DNA of 64,000 bases. Origin: an uncultured Candidatus Saccharibacteria bacterium (GTDB lineage: Bacteria > Patescibacteriota > Minisyncoccia > Phycocordibacterales > UBA1006). Positions 1-8,734 of this stretch are shown here, piece by piece. Both the position numbers and the translations under genes were made by a program. Under the pieces are notes generated by a model. It worked only from the letters and a program-made list of their open reading frames with translations. It did not search any database and had not been told where the DNA came from. The stretch is taken from assembly GCA_964507625.1 (NCBI GenBank), contig CAZDPR010000001.1, positions 5,012 through 69,011 on the forward strand, in the 5' to 3' direction. The first letter of the stretch is position 1. Each line of letters begins with the position of its first letter.

Positions 1-2
1 TA

Positions 3-170
3 TTTACTAAATTTAAACGAGGTGCGGCTGGAAAATCATCAGCAAGTGGTTCTGGTTTAGGACTTTATTTAAGTAAAAAAATTATTGAACTTCATAAAGG
101 TAATATTATAGTTTCTTCGGATGGAGAAAATAAAGGAAGCACCTTTACAGTAATTATTCCCAAAGAATAG
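3..170 (+). CDS. C-terminal fragment of a sensor histidine kinase (HATPase_c region), 5'-truncated by the window edge
   Basis: Frame-3 translation ...FKRGAAGKSSASGSGLGLYLSKKIIELHKGNIIVSSDGENKGSTFTVIIPKE* shows the G-box GSGLGL typical of HATPase_c. Confidence 0.6.
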   Translation, partial: FTKFKRGAAGKSSASGSGLGLYLSKKIIELHKGNIIVSSDGENKGSTFTVIIPKE

Positions 171-209
171 TTCCTTGTAATATTATAGAAAAAAATTATA
201 CTGTATTAT

Positions 210-686
210 ATGTTTCCTCCTGAACTTATTGAATTTTCTTGGACCGCACAAGAATATGAACATCGCAAAAAAAGCACCGATTGGTATTGGGCATTAGGTA
301 TTATTATTATTGCAGGATCAGTAATTGCTTTTATAAAAGGAAACTTCCTTTTTGGTTTTTTTATTCTGTTAGGGGGATTTCTCATTGGAATCCTTGCAAC
401 AAAAAAACCCGATGCTATTGCTGTAGAAATTACTGATGAAGCATTTTCAATAAATAAACTACTGGTAAAATTTACTGATGTTGAAGCATTTTGGATGTAT
501 CGCAACCCTTTTGGTACAAGGAAATTAATATTAAAAACCAAAAAAAACTTTAATACTATTATTTCAATACCTATTAATGAAGACATTGCGACCGCTGAAC
601 TCCGTTCATTTTTGTCAGAAAAAATTCCTGAAAAAGAACTCCAGGAAACTTTTACGGATATTCTCCTTGAAAGAATTGGATTTTAA
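210..686 (+). CDS. hypothetical small membrane protein
   Basis: 158-aa ORF with two hydrophobic segments; no recognisable motif. Confidence 0.4.
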   Translation: MFPPELIEFSWTAQEYEHRKKSTDWYWALGIIIIAGSVIAFIKGNFLFGFFILLGGFLIGILATKKPDAIAVEITDEAFSINKLLVKFTDVEAFWMYRNPFGTRKLILKTKKNFNTIISIPINEDIATAELRSFLSEKIPEKELQETFTDILLERIGF

Positions 687-755
687 AAACACCATAGTTA
701 TGGTGTTTTTAAATTATCTTGAATATTCTCAATATTGTGGTAGTATGACTGCATT

Positions 756-827
756 GCTTTCGTAGTTCAATGGATAGAACATCAGTTTGCGGTACTGACG
801 ATCCAGGTTCGATTCCTGGCGAGAGCA
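756..827 (+). tRNA. tRNA-Arg, anticodon read as GCG
   Basis: Hand-folded cloverleaf: acceptor GCTTTCG/CGAGAGC (one G-U), D-arm GTTC-AATGGATA-GAAC, anticodon stem TCAGT/ACTGA with loop TTGCGGT, T-arm CCAGG-TTCGATT-CCTGG; the D-loop resembles bacterial tRNA-Arg. Confidence 0.6.
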
Positions 828-1060
828 CACTGAACGAACTAAACGGCTTTTTCAAAGCCAAATGGTGGGCGCGCCGAAGGCACGCCCACTGGTTTTCCCC
901 CGCAGAATTCGCATTTTGGAGCGCGCAAGCGCGCACTGATTTTTCGCCAAGGAGGAGGTTCGAACCAAAAATTTCTTTTGCTACGACCTTTTTCGCAAAA
1001 AGGTCGGCATCAAAGAGGAATCCGCGCGGGCGAGACCGCATTTCAGAAAAACATTAGCCG
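828..1060 (+). other. GC-rich structured island 3' of tRNA-Arg (possible small ncRNA or terminator cluster)
   Basis: Local GC far above the flanks; perfect hairpins GCGCGCAAGCGCGC (+T-run), GACCTTTTTCGCAAAAAGGTC and GTGGGCG...CGCCCAC; the overlapping six-frame ORFs here look spurious. Confidence 0.35.
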
Positions 1061-1181
1061 AATTTTTGTGAATCCTTTTCCCCAGAAAAATTGTTTCGCA
1101 AAAATTCGTCCGCTTTATTTATTTTGGAAATAGGTTCTGATTTGGTAGAATAAACCCACAAAAAAACACCAAAAGATGGTT

Positions 1182-1793
1182 TTATTTGTTTAAAAATTCT
1201 AAATTAATATATTTCATAAAATATTTTTTTAACACTTTAAAAAACATAATACCGAGAACGATAATAACAATTCCAATCGTAATGTTTTGAAAAATTCCAA
1301 TCCCTGCAACAATGCGTTCTATTCTATTTCTCAAGAAAAAACCAAGAAAAATAAAAAAAGTAACATATACTGATAACGAAACGGTTTCATGACGAGCAAA
1401 CGTTTTAAAAGGAAGTTTATAATGTCCTGATAAAAACGGTGCAAGAAATCGAAAGTAAGGCAAAAACCGTGCAACGACAATAACCCGTTCAAGTTTTTCT
1501 GGGTCAGAAAGTCCTTGTAAAAAATCAAAACGTTTTGCAAATAATCGATTATAAAAATGTTGGGTAATACGAGATCCGTGATATGCCAACAAATAAAGTA
1601 CCGTATCACTCAAAAATAACCCAGCCATGGCAATCGGGGTAATAAGAACCCAGTGAAAAACACCTATCCCTGCAAGATAACCTAATACTAATAAAGTAAT
1701 TTCTTCAGGAAATGGAAGTACAATATTTGCAAGCAACGAAACCCCAAAAACTCCCAAATATGAAAGACCTCCTAGTTGATTAACAAATTCCAT
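1182..1793 (-). CDS. DedA/SNARE-associated (TVP38) family membrane protein
   Basis: 203 aa, polytopic; LPFPEE...G-rich DedA signature and overall hydrophobic pattern. Confidence 0.65.
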   Translation of the reverse strand: MEFVNQLGGLSYLGVFGVSLLANIVLPFPEEITLLVLGYLAGIGVFHWVLITPIAMAGLFLSDTVLYLLAYHGSRITQHFYNRLFAKRFDFLQGLSDPEKLERVIVVARFLPYFRFLAPFLSGHYKLPFKTFARHETVSLSVYVTFFIFLGFFLRNRIERIVAGIGIFQNITIGIVIIVLGIMFFKVLKKYFMKYINLEFLNK

Positions 1794-1800
1794 AGCACTC

Positions 1801-2088
1801 TTATTGTACTACATTTCCACCCATTGCCCAAGATTGTAACTGTTTGTAAGAAACTTCACCACATAACACGACCCCTGTCTGAGTATTTACCAACACCGGA
1901 ATTCCAGGACAATCAGTGTGCTCCAGATAATTTTCTAATAATCGATAATTTGATTCATTCCCCCATACTTCTTTTTCTTGTACTACAATACCTAATTCTT
2001 GTTCAAGTCGATCGAGTAATTTTTTCATAAGAGCGCAGTGCGGACAATCAGATCCAAAAAAAAATATTAAATGAGATAATTTTTGCAT
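1801..2088 (-). CDS. thioredoxin-fold protein (CPHC active site)
   Basis: FFFGSDCPHCALMKKLL... CxxC motif; start moved to internal Met (cat at 2086-2088) to avoid overlap with rpsT. Confidence 0.55.
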   Translation of the reverse strand: MQKLSHLIFFFGSDCPHCALMKKLLDRLEQELGIVVQEKEVWGNESNYRLLENYLEHTDCPGIPVLVNTQTGVVLCGEVSYKQLQSWAMGGNVVQ

Positions 2089-2131
2089 AGATAGTCCAGT
2101 ATACCACAAAATAAAAAGCCTTTTCGGCTTA

Positions 2132-2368
2132 TTATTTTGCCATTGCTTTTGCAAGGCGAGATTTTTTTCGAGAAGCGGTATTTTTTTTAATAACCCCTCG
2201 TTTTGCAGCTTTATCAATTGCTTGAAATGCTTTTGATAAATCTTCTGCTGTTTTAGTTGATTTTACTGATTTTACAGCTACTTTCATTGCACGACGACGT
2301 CGGTCATTAATAACTCGTTTACGAGCAGCAACACGAAGTGCTTTTTTTGCATTTTGTAGATTAGGCAT
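2132..2368 (-). CDS. rpsT: 30S ribosomal protein S20
   Basis: 78 aa, basic; MPNLQNAKKALRVAARKRVINDRRRRAMK... matches the S20 pattern. Confidence 0.85.
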   Translation of the reverse strand: MPNLQNAKKALRVAARKRVINDRRRRAMKVAVKSVKSTKTAEDLSKAFQAIDKAAKRGVIKKNTASRKKSRLAKAMAK

Positions 2369-2501
2369 AGAATTATAAGTAAATTTGAGAGCGTTTTTTT
2401 AATAACCATTTGATATGGTAGACACACCAAATGTTGAAAGGAGCAGGATTTCCTTTCTGAACTGCTTTTACACTATAGCACAAATCAATAGTTTTGCAAA
2501 T

Positions 2502-3077
2502 CTACTTTGCTAGGAATTTAAGTGATTCACGAATAATTTCACTCGTATTAGTAAGTGTGGAAACTTCTGGAACCCGTAAAGCTTCCCTGATCACTTTTTC
2601 GTTATACCCCATTGCAAGGAGCGCGTCGATAACGTCTCGCATATGATCAGATTCTTGAGTATCAGTAGTGATGGCAATTTTTTCTACTTTATCTTTTAAT
2701 TCAATAACAATTCGTTCTGCTGTTTTTTTACCGATACCTGAAACTTGTGTTAAATACCCAAGATTTTCTGTTTTAATTGCATGAATCAATGATCCCATAT
2801 CAGCAACCGATAAAATACCGAGTGCTGACTTTGGACCAATACCCGAAACATTTAATAAGAGCTCAAACACTTCTTGTTCAAGAGACGAATGAAAACCAAA
2901 TAAATCAAGTGTGTCTTCTCGAACTGCAGTAAAAATCCACAGACTCAATACGTCACCGTAATTACTGTTTTGTATAACAGTTGGGCCTACAAAAATCTTA
3001 TATCCTACCCCAGAAACATCGAGAATAATACTTTTTTCCTGTACAGAAATAATCTTTCCTGATAAATAACCAATCAT
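2502..3077 (-). CDS. ruvA: Holliday junction DNA helicase RuvA
   Basis: MIGYLSGKIISVQEKSIILDVSGVGYKIFV... N-terminal OB fold plus HhH domain; start trimmed to MIGYL. Confidence 0.85.
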   Translation of the reverse strand: MIGYLSGKIISVQEKSIILDVSGVGYKIFVGPTVIQNSNYGDVLSLWIFTAVREDTLDLFGFHSSLEQEVFELLLNVSGIGPKSALGILSVADMGSLIHAIKTENLGYLTQVSGIGKKTAERIVIELKDKVEKIAITTDTQESDHMRDVIDALLAMGYNEKVIREALRVPEVSTLTNTSEIIRESLKFLAK

Positions 3078-3127
3078 ATATATAAAGTATACCATAGTTC
3101 ATAATATGGTGTTATACTGAAAGCATT

Positions 3128-3304
3128 ATGGCAGATGATAAAAAACCAAAAGAAAAAAATGAAAAGAAAGATGAAAAAACTCCAAGTTTTGTATCACTTT
3201 TTATTGCAGGATTTATTATTGTTTTTGTGTTATGGATTATTTTAGGTGGACCGAATCGTAACCCAGAAGCTCGCAATGAACCTTTTATTTATTTTAGTTT
3301 GTAA
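3128..3304 (+). CDS. hypothetical 58-aa lysine-rich small membrane protein
   Basis: ATG at 3128; MADDKKPKEKNEKKDEKTPSFVSLFIAGFIIVFVLWIILGG...; below the length cutoff of the ORF track; followed by a terminator. Confidence 0.3.
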   Translation: MADDKKPKEKNEKKDEKTPSFVSLFIAGFIIVFVLWIILGGPNRNPEARNEPFIYFSL

Positions 3305-3310
3305 TAATAG

Positions 3311-3345
3311 CAAAAAACCAAACATATAACATGTTTGGTTTTTTG
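3311..3345. terminator. bidirectional Rho-independent terminator
   Basis: AAAAAACCAAACAT-ataac-ATGTTTGGTTTTTT. Confidence 0.6.
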
Positions 3346-3354
3346 CTATGTATG

Positions 3355-3427
3355 TGCGTCCGGTAGGAATCGAACCTACGACCCTCTGCTTAAAAGGCAG
3401 GTGCTCTACCGACTGAGCTACGAACGC
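3355..3427 (-). tRNA. tRNA-Lys (anticodon UUU)
   Basis: Reverse complement folds as GCGTTCG-TA-GCTC-AGTCGGTA-GAGC...anticodon loop CTTTTAA...GTAGG-TTCGATT-CCTAC-CGGACGC-A. Confidence 0.85.
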
Positions 3428-3468
3428 GAATAATGCAATTATACATAAAATAAGTATAATGACAAGAT

Positions 3469-3978
3469 ATGTCAGTAAAAAAACCACAACCTATCCGCGC
3501 TATTCCTGAATGTATATTATTATTACACGATATCCGCAGTATTACTAATGTTGGAGCATTATTCCGCACAGCAGACGCTGTAGGTGTTAATCAAATTATC
3601 CTTTCTGGGATTACCCCTGCACCAATTGATCGATTTGGACGTAAGCGATCTGATTTTACTAAATCATCCCTCGGAGCAGAAGAATCAGTACCTTGGAAAC
3701 AGGTGTCTAATATTATCACAACAATCACAAACCTTAAAAAACAAGGATACACAGTGTACGCACTCGAACAAAATCTACGATCGGTTGATTATAAATCAAT
3801 AAAAATTAACAAAAATGATAAAATAGTGCTCATTCCAGGGAATGAAATCGACGGTGTACCAAAAAATATTCTTAAAAAAATGGATGCTATTATTGAAATT
3901 CCTATGCGTGGAATAAAAGAATCGTTGAATGTATCAGTTGCAACAGGAATTGTTCTCTATCAATTATTAGATCAGTAG
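3469..3978 (+). CDS. SpoU/TrmH-family (SPOUT) RNA 2'-O-methyltransferase
   Basis: 169 aa; LLLHDIRSITNVGALFRTADAVGV... and C-terminal IPMRGIKESLNVSVATGIVLYQL SPOUT motifs. Confidence 0.75.
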   Translation: MSVKKPQPIRAIPECILLLHDIRSITNVGALFRTADAVGVNQIILSGITPAPIDRFGRKRSDFTKSSLGAEESVPWKQVSNIITTITNLKKQGYTVYALEQNLRSVDYKSIKINKNDKIVLIPGNEIDGVPKNILKKMDAIIEIPMRGIKESLNVSVATGIVLYQLLDQ

Positions 3979-3980
3979 AG

Positions 3981-3989
3981 TTATCCACA
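3981..3989. promoter_or_regulatory. perfect DnaA box TTATCCACA
   Basis: exact 9-mer consensus directly after the trmH-like stop. Confidence 0.4.
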
Positions 3990-3999
3990 GTTTTATTTT

Positions 4000-4027
4000 T
4001 TATAACGCTTGCGCGTTATTTTTTGTT
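4000..4027 (+). terminator. Rho-independent terminator
   Basis: ATAACGC-ttgc-GCGTTAT followed by TTTTTTG. Confidence 0.6.
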
Positions 4028-4317
4028 TACATATACTATAAGTGAGGATTTGAAAATTGAAGTAGAGCTTACACCACGGTTTGTGGAATTTTATAAAGCT
4101 ACTTCTTTCAAATGTTCTTTATATTGTTCCTTATAAACCTGTTCTCTATTTTTCTTTTTTATAGTTAATTCTATAAAACAAAACTCCTCACAATTTAATA
4201 TTTTTAATTTTTCTTTCCATTATCACATAGTTTATGTAGTAATAGAAAGTTAAAATATATCGTGTCCATTCTTTCCAAGATTGGGCACTTTTTTTATCAT
4301 CTTTTTTATGGTATTGT

Positions 4318-4794
4318 ATGTTTATGAATTATGAAATTGAACGAAAATTTTTAGTAACAAATAGTGACTGGCGAACTAATGTTACCGGAACTAATTATTA
4401 TCAAGGATATATTATATCTGACGAACTAAAATCAGTTCGTATTAGAATTGCAGGAGAAAAAGGATTTATTACTATTAAAGGAAAATCTGACAAAGACAGT
4501 ATTAGTCGTCCAGAATTTGAATATGAAATCCCTAAAAAAGAAGCAGAGTTTTTACTAGAAAATTTCTGTCTTCCTGGAAAAATACGTAAAATTCGCTATG
4601 AGAAAAAAATTGGTGATCATATTTGGGAAATTGATGAATTTTTAGAAGAAAACGAAGGATTGATTGTTGCAGAAATAGAACTTTCTTCTGAAAATGAACA
4701 TTTTGAAAAACCTGAATGGATAGGTGAGGAAGTTTCCTATGATAAAAAATATACCAATGGAGCACTGTCTCGAAATCCCTATAAAAACTGGTAA
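4318..4794 (+). CDS. CYTH-domain protein (triphosphate tunnel metalloenzyme)
   Basis: N-terminal EIERKFLV (ExExK signature) and 158-aa size. Confidence 0.7.
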   Translation: MFMNYEIERKFLVTNSDWRTNVTGTNYYQGYIISDELKSVRIRIAGEKGFITIKGKSDKDSISRPEFEYEIPKKEAEFLLENFCLPGKIRKIRYEKKIGDHIWEIDEFLEENEGLIVAEIELSSENEHFEKPEWIGEEVSYDKKYTNGALSRNPYKNW

Positions 4795-4823
4795 TAAAAA
4801 AGACCTACGCGAGGTCTTTTTTA
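4795..4823. terminator. bidirectional terminator
   Basis: AAAGACCT-acgc-GAGGTCTTTTTT. Confidence 0.65.
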
Positions 4824-5422
4824 TTAATTGATAGTAATAATTGTTCTAACTGCATTTCAAGGTTTCCATACTTACGGGCATTTGTATATGTTTCTAAAAA
4901 GCGATGTGTTGTTTGTTTTAATTCGTGTGATACTGTTTTCTTTTTTTTAATAATATCTTTTAATTTCCACCACAATATTCCAAAAATTACTTCAGGATCA
5001 TTCCCTTCAGTAAGTAACTGATGATATGTCACCCATAAAACCTTTGTATCACCTGACAGTAGTGTATTCGCAATACTAAAAGGATTTTGTTTAATTTCTT
5101 TTACTGTTTTTTCTTCCCACAAAACATGATTTGGTATTTTTTTAATTATTGCTGCGGGAAAATTTTCTTCTACCCAAAACACTTGCGTGGTTTTTGGTAG
5201 ATGCTCTAATGAATCAATAATAGTATTCCAGAAATCAGCATCAATTCTTGCAAGAATAATAACCCGAGGAATTTGAAATATATTTTCCGAAAGTAATTCT
5301 TGCTGTACGCGATCAATAGTGCTTACAATATCATACAATCGAGTAATATCATGGTGAGGAAAATTTTTTTTAATTTTTTCGTTTATTAATTCATGGGAAA
5401 TGTTTTTACAAAGCGTAATCAT
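4805..5422 (-). CDS. hypothetical protein, possibly DNA polymerase III delta subunit-like (HolA C-terminal pattern)
   Basis: ...IANTLLSGDTKVLWVTYHQLLTEGNDPEVIFGILWWKLKDI... resembles the delta-subunit domain III pattern; directly downstream of polA; start set to MITLCKN. Confidence 0.4.
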   Translation of the reverse strand: MITLCKNISHELINEKIKKNFPHHDITRLYDIVSTIDRVQQELLSENIFQIPRVIILARIDADFWNTIIDSLEHLPKTTQVFWVEENFPAAIIKKIPNHVLWEEKTVKEIKQNPFSIANTLLSGDTKVLWVTYHQLLTEGNDPEVIFGILWWKLKDIIKKKKTVSHELKQTTHRFLETYTNARKYGNLEMQLEQLLLSINKKDLA

Positions 5423-5438
5423 AATAGTATTAATATAA

Positions 5439-7823
5439 TTATATTTTATCAAAATTATCCCCAACCGCCAAAGAAACTTTTAGTGGTATGTCTGAACGTA
5501 GTAATTCTTTTACAACAATGTCTTTATGTCGAACTATTACTTGTTCCATAGTTTCTATGAGTTTTTGAGAAAAGTTATCTACTAATTCATTTGGAACTTC
5601 ATACACCAATTCATCATGAATTTGAAGTACGGGAAAAATTTTTGTATTCCAGTGTTCATTATGGATTACTTGATCAATATCAATCATTGCAAGTTTTATG
5701 ATATCAGCAGCGGTTCCCTGAATCGGAGCATTAATCGCAGTTCGTTCAGCAAGCGCAATCATGAATGGTAGTTTTGAACGAAACATTGGAAAATTTCGAA
5801 TTCTTCCAAAGAGTGTTTTTGTTTGCAATGTTTCTTTTGCAGATTTTTTAATACTATCCAGATAATCTTTAATCGAAGGAAACTCTCGAAAATATGCTTC
5901 ATAAAAAACTTCAGCTTCTTTACGAGAAGTATTCAAGTTTTTTTGGAGTGCAGTAATTCCCATTCCATAAATAATTCCAAAATTAATCACCTTTGCATTT
6001 CTCCGATGATTACTGGTTACTTGTGATTCGTCAATATGAAAAACGCGGGATGCAACAGTTGTATGAATATCTTTATTTTCTCTAAAAACTTGTTCTAAGA
6101 TCGGGTCTCCAGAAAGCATTGCTAGTACACGTAGCTCTATTTGAGAATAATCAGCAGAGACAAGTTTTGTTTTTGGTGAAGCGATAAATGCTTTTCTAAT
6201 TTCTCTTCCTAAATCACTGCGAATAGGGATATTTTGCAAGTTTGGATTTTGCGAAGAAAACCTTCCTGTGGTTGTTCCATGTTGTAAAAATTGTGCATGT
6301 AGTCGATTGTGACTATCAACTAGTGTAGGGAGTACATCAATATAGGTAGAAAGTAATTTTTGTAATTCTCGATAATCAACTATTTTTTGTACAACTTCAT
6401 GTTTATCAACGAGTTCCTCAAGAACTTCCGATCTGGTTGAATAACTACCCGTTTTGTTTTTTTTACCTTTTGGTGGTAGTTGTAAATCGCCGAAAAGAAT
6501 TTCTGATAATTGTTTTGGTGAATTAATATTAAATTCTTTTTGGGTGTATGTAAAAATTTCTTTTTCTTTTTTTTGTAACTGCTGATGATAATCTTTTGAA
6601 AGGTTTTCTAAAAACTTAACATCCAGTAAGATTCCGTGGTCAGACATTTTTTGTACAATAGCCACTAAAGGTTCTTCGATTGTTTGAAATACCTGGAGTA
6701 AATTTTGTTGCTGTAATTTTTGAATAATCACCTGATAGGCACTTTCTAGATTATTGGTTTCTGTTTCTTGAAAAATTTCTTCTTGTGTTGGTTTTACCAT
6801 GTCAGAATTAATCATCCATAAACCAATAGATGTTTTTAGAGGAAGGAGTGGATCACTATTTTTATGATGTGTATCAAATTCTTCTGTTGGTTCAAGGCTA
6901 TTTTTTTTGTTAAACAATTGTTCAAATTTTGGAGTAAGTGTTCTGAATTCGTATTCCCGAGTTAATCGAACAATTTTTTCTGGAGTATATATTTCTGAAA
7001 AAATTTTTTCCGGAAGGACAAAATCAATAGGTGCATCATTTCGAATTGTTGCTAATGTTTTTGAAAATAACGCATCAGCTTCGTGCTGAATAAGTAAATC
7101 AATAATTCTTGGTTTTATTTTTTTATCAACAAGTTTTTGCTTGTTCGTATGTATTGTTTCATATAATTGTTCAATAGTACCAAATTGAGTAATAAGTTCT
7201 GTTGCTGTTTTTTCTCCAATACCCGGAACTCCGACAATATTATCAGATGGATCGCCTCGTAGGCCCTTATAATCAGGAATATATTCTGGACCAAAACCAA
7301 AACGGTCAATAACTGCTTGTTCGTTATATACAACAGTTTCATGTACTCCTTTTTTCATAGTATAAACAACCACTTCTTCAGATCGAACTAATTGAAGTGT
7401 ATCCATATCACCCGAAACAATAACAATAGAAATTTCCTTTTCTGTTTTTAATTGTTCTACAATCGTTCCAAGCATATCATCTGCTTCAAATCCTGCTATT
7501 TGATACATAGGAATTTGGAGTGCTTCAAAAATGTTTCGAGATTCTTCAATTTGAACCTTTAACGTATCTTCTGTTTGTTTTCTCCCCTTTTTGTATCCAT
7601 CATATGATTCGTGACGAAAAGTTGGTTGAGGGAGATCGTAACATGCAATAATATAGTCAGGTTGAATATCTTGTACCATTTTTAAAAACATATTTAATAA
7701 TCCATATAACGCCCCGGTAGGAATTCCGGTAGATGAAGTGAGTGGTGGAACTGCGTGGAATGCACGATGAATAATCGCATGCACATCCAAAAGAACCAAT
7801 CGTTTTGTTCCATGTTTTGTCAT
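5439..7823 (-). CDS. polA: DNA polymerase I (5'-3' exonuclease plus polymerase domains)
   Basis: 794 aa; N-terminal LVLLDVHAIIHRAFHA (5' nuclease), C-terminal QIHDELVYEVP (Pol A motif C), KVINFGIIYG, RRNAK. Confidence 0.9.
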   Translation of the reverse strand: MTKHGTKRLVLLDVHAIIHRAFHAVPPLTSSTGIPTGALYGLLNMFLKMVQDIQPDYIIACYDLPQPTFRHESYDGYKKGRKQTEDTLKVQIEESRNIFEALQIPMYQIAGFEADDMLGTIVEQLKTEKEISIVIVSGDMDTLQLVRSEEVVVYTMKKGVHETVVYNEQAVIDRFGFGPEYIPDYKGLRGDPSDNIVGVPGIGEKTATELITQFGTIEQLYETIHTNKQKLVDKKIKPRIIDLLIQHEADALFSKTLATIRNDAPIDFVLPEKIFSEIYTPEKIVRLTREYEFRTLTPKFEQLFNKKNSLEPTEEFDTHHKNSDPLLPLKTSIGLWMINSDMVKPTQEEIFQETETNNLESAYQVIIQKLQQQNLLQVFQTIEEPLVAIVQKMSDHGILLDVKFLENLSKDYHQQLQKKEKEIFTYTQKEFNINSPKQLSEILFGDLQLPPKGKKNKTGSYSTRSEVLEELVDKHEVVQKIVDYRELQKLLSTYIDVLPTLVDSHNRLHAQFLQHGTTTGRFSSQNPNLQNIPIRSDLGREIRKAFIASPKTKLVSADYSQIELRVLAMLSGDPILEQVFRENKDIHTTVASRVFHIDESQVTSNHRRNAKVINFGIIYGMGITALQKNLNTSRKEAEVFYEAYFREFPSIKDYLDSIKKSAKETLQTKTLFGRIRNFPMFRSKLPFMIALAERTAINAPIQGTAADIIKLAMIDIDQVIHNEHWNTKIFPVLQIHDELVYEVPNELVDNFSQKLIETMEQVIVRHKDIVVKELLRSDIPLKVSLAVGDNFDKI

Positions 7824-7884
7824 AATTGTATTATATCACAAGGGTTTTATTTTTTCTCCCTAAATATGTGGTATAGTGCATGAT

Positions 7885-8376
7885 ATGAAAATTATCGCTA
7901 TTGACCCTGGTTATGATCGTGTAGGGGTTGCAATTCTTGAAAAAAAACCTAATAAAAGTAAGGAAGTTATTCTTTTTTCAACCTGTATCACCACTGATAA
8001 AAAGAAAGATTTTTATACCCGATTAACAGAAATTCAAGAAAAATTAACTGAATATATTACGGTATATAATCCAGAATTTTTTGTATTTGAAGAGCTTTAT
8101 TTTTCAAATAACACAAAAACAGCTCTCAAAGTAGCAGAGGCACGGGGTGTAATTAGTAGTTGTGCGCTTGCTAAAAAAATACCTATTCATGAAATACATC
8201 CTAATCATGTAAAAATTGCGATTACTGGGCATGGTGGTGCAAAAAAGGAAGATATTTTATGGATGTTACCAAAACTTATCACTTTAGAAACAGAGAACAA
8301 ACTTGATGATGAATTAGACGCAATTGCAATTGGACTTGCTTTTTTTGCGCAATATCGTATTTCACAGATTTCTTAA
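7885..8376 (+). CDS. ruvC: crossover junction endodeoxyribonuclease RuvC
   Basis: MKIIAIDPGYDRVGVAIL... and C-terminal DELDAIAIGLAF; the ORF-track start at 7876 is GTG, ATG at 7885 preferred. Confidence 0.85.
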   Translation: MKIIAIDPGYDRVGVAILEKKPNKSKEVILFSTCITTDKKKDFYTRLTEIQEKLTEYITVYNPEFFVFEELYFSNNTKTALKVAEARGVISSCALAKKIPIHEIHPNHVKIAITGHGGAKKEDILWMLPKLITLETENKLDDELDAIAIGLAFFAQYRISQIS

Positions 8377-8465
8377 AAAAGGTATTGCAAAAAACACAAA
8401 AGATTGTTACAACTACTGATAACCCTTCGCGTTGGTCATTGCGATTGGGTGTATTAGTAACCTAA

Positions 8466-8699
8466 TTGTTCATATGCTTATTGATCATTATGAGTAATGA
8501 TGCATATTACGATGACTCTATCGATCCTGAACTCGCTGATGGATTTCACCCAGTCGATGAAGATGATGAAATTTTCGATGAGGAAGATGAGATTATCCCA
8601 AAGAAAAAAATTGAACTTGATGATCTGGAAGAAGATATTGATACAGATCTCATAGACGAGGAAGAACTTGAAGAATTTCTTCACGATGAAGACTACTAA
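8466..8699 (+). CDS. highly acidic small protein (D/E-rich)
   Basis: ...DDSIDPELADGFHPVDEDDEIFDEEDEIIPKKKIELDDLEEDIDTDLIDEEELEEFLHDEDY; true start may be Met at 8490. Confidence 0.35.
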   Translation: MFICLLIIMSNDAYYDDSIDPELADGFHPVDEDDEIFDEEDEIIPKKKIELDDLEEDIDTDLIDEEELEEFLHDEDY

Positions 8700-8727
8700 A
8701 AAAGAACCCTTACGGGTTCTTTTTAGT
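8697..8727. terminator. bidirectional terminator
   Basis: AAAGAACCC-ttac-GGGTTCTTTTT. Confidence 0.65.
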
Positions 8728-8734
8728 AGTCTTA

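Noticed and set aside
770-1057. 95-aa plus-strand ORF and 110-aa minus-strand ORF (709-1041) covering tRNA-Arg and the GC-rich island
   Set aside because: They overlap a well-folded tRNA and GC-rich hairpins. Open frames are expected by chance in GC-rich, stop-poor sequence. The amino-acid composition (R/A/G-rich) is typical of such artefacts.
3242-3487. 81-aa minus-strand ORF
   Set aside because: It completely overlaps tRNA-Lys and the terminator hairpin.
4028-4317. 290-nt AT-rich gap between the trmH-like and CYTH genes as a hidden gene or ncRNA
   Set aside because: It has no convincing ORF of 40 aa or more, no GC-rich structured segment, and no promoter-terminator pair. It is most likely an ordinary AT-rich spacer containing the trmH-like terminator and a lone DnaA box.
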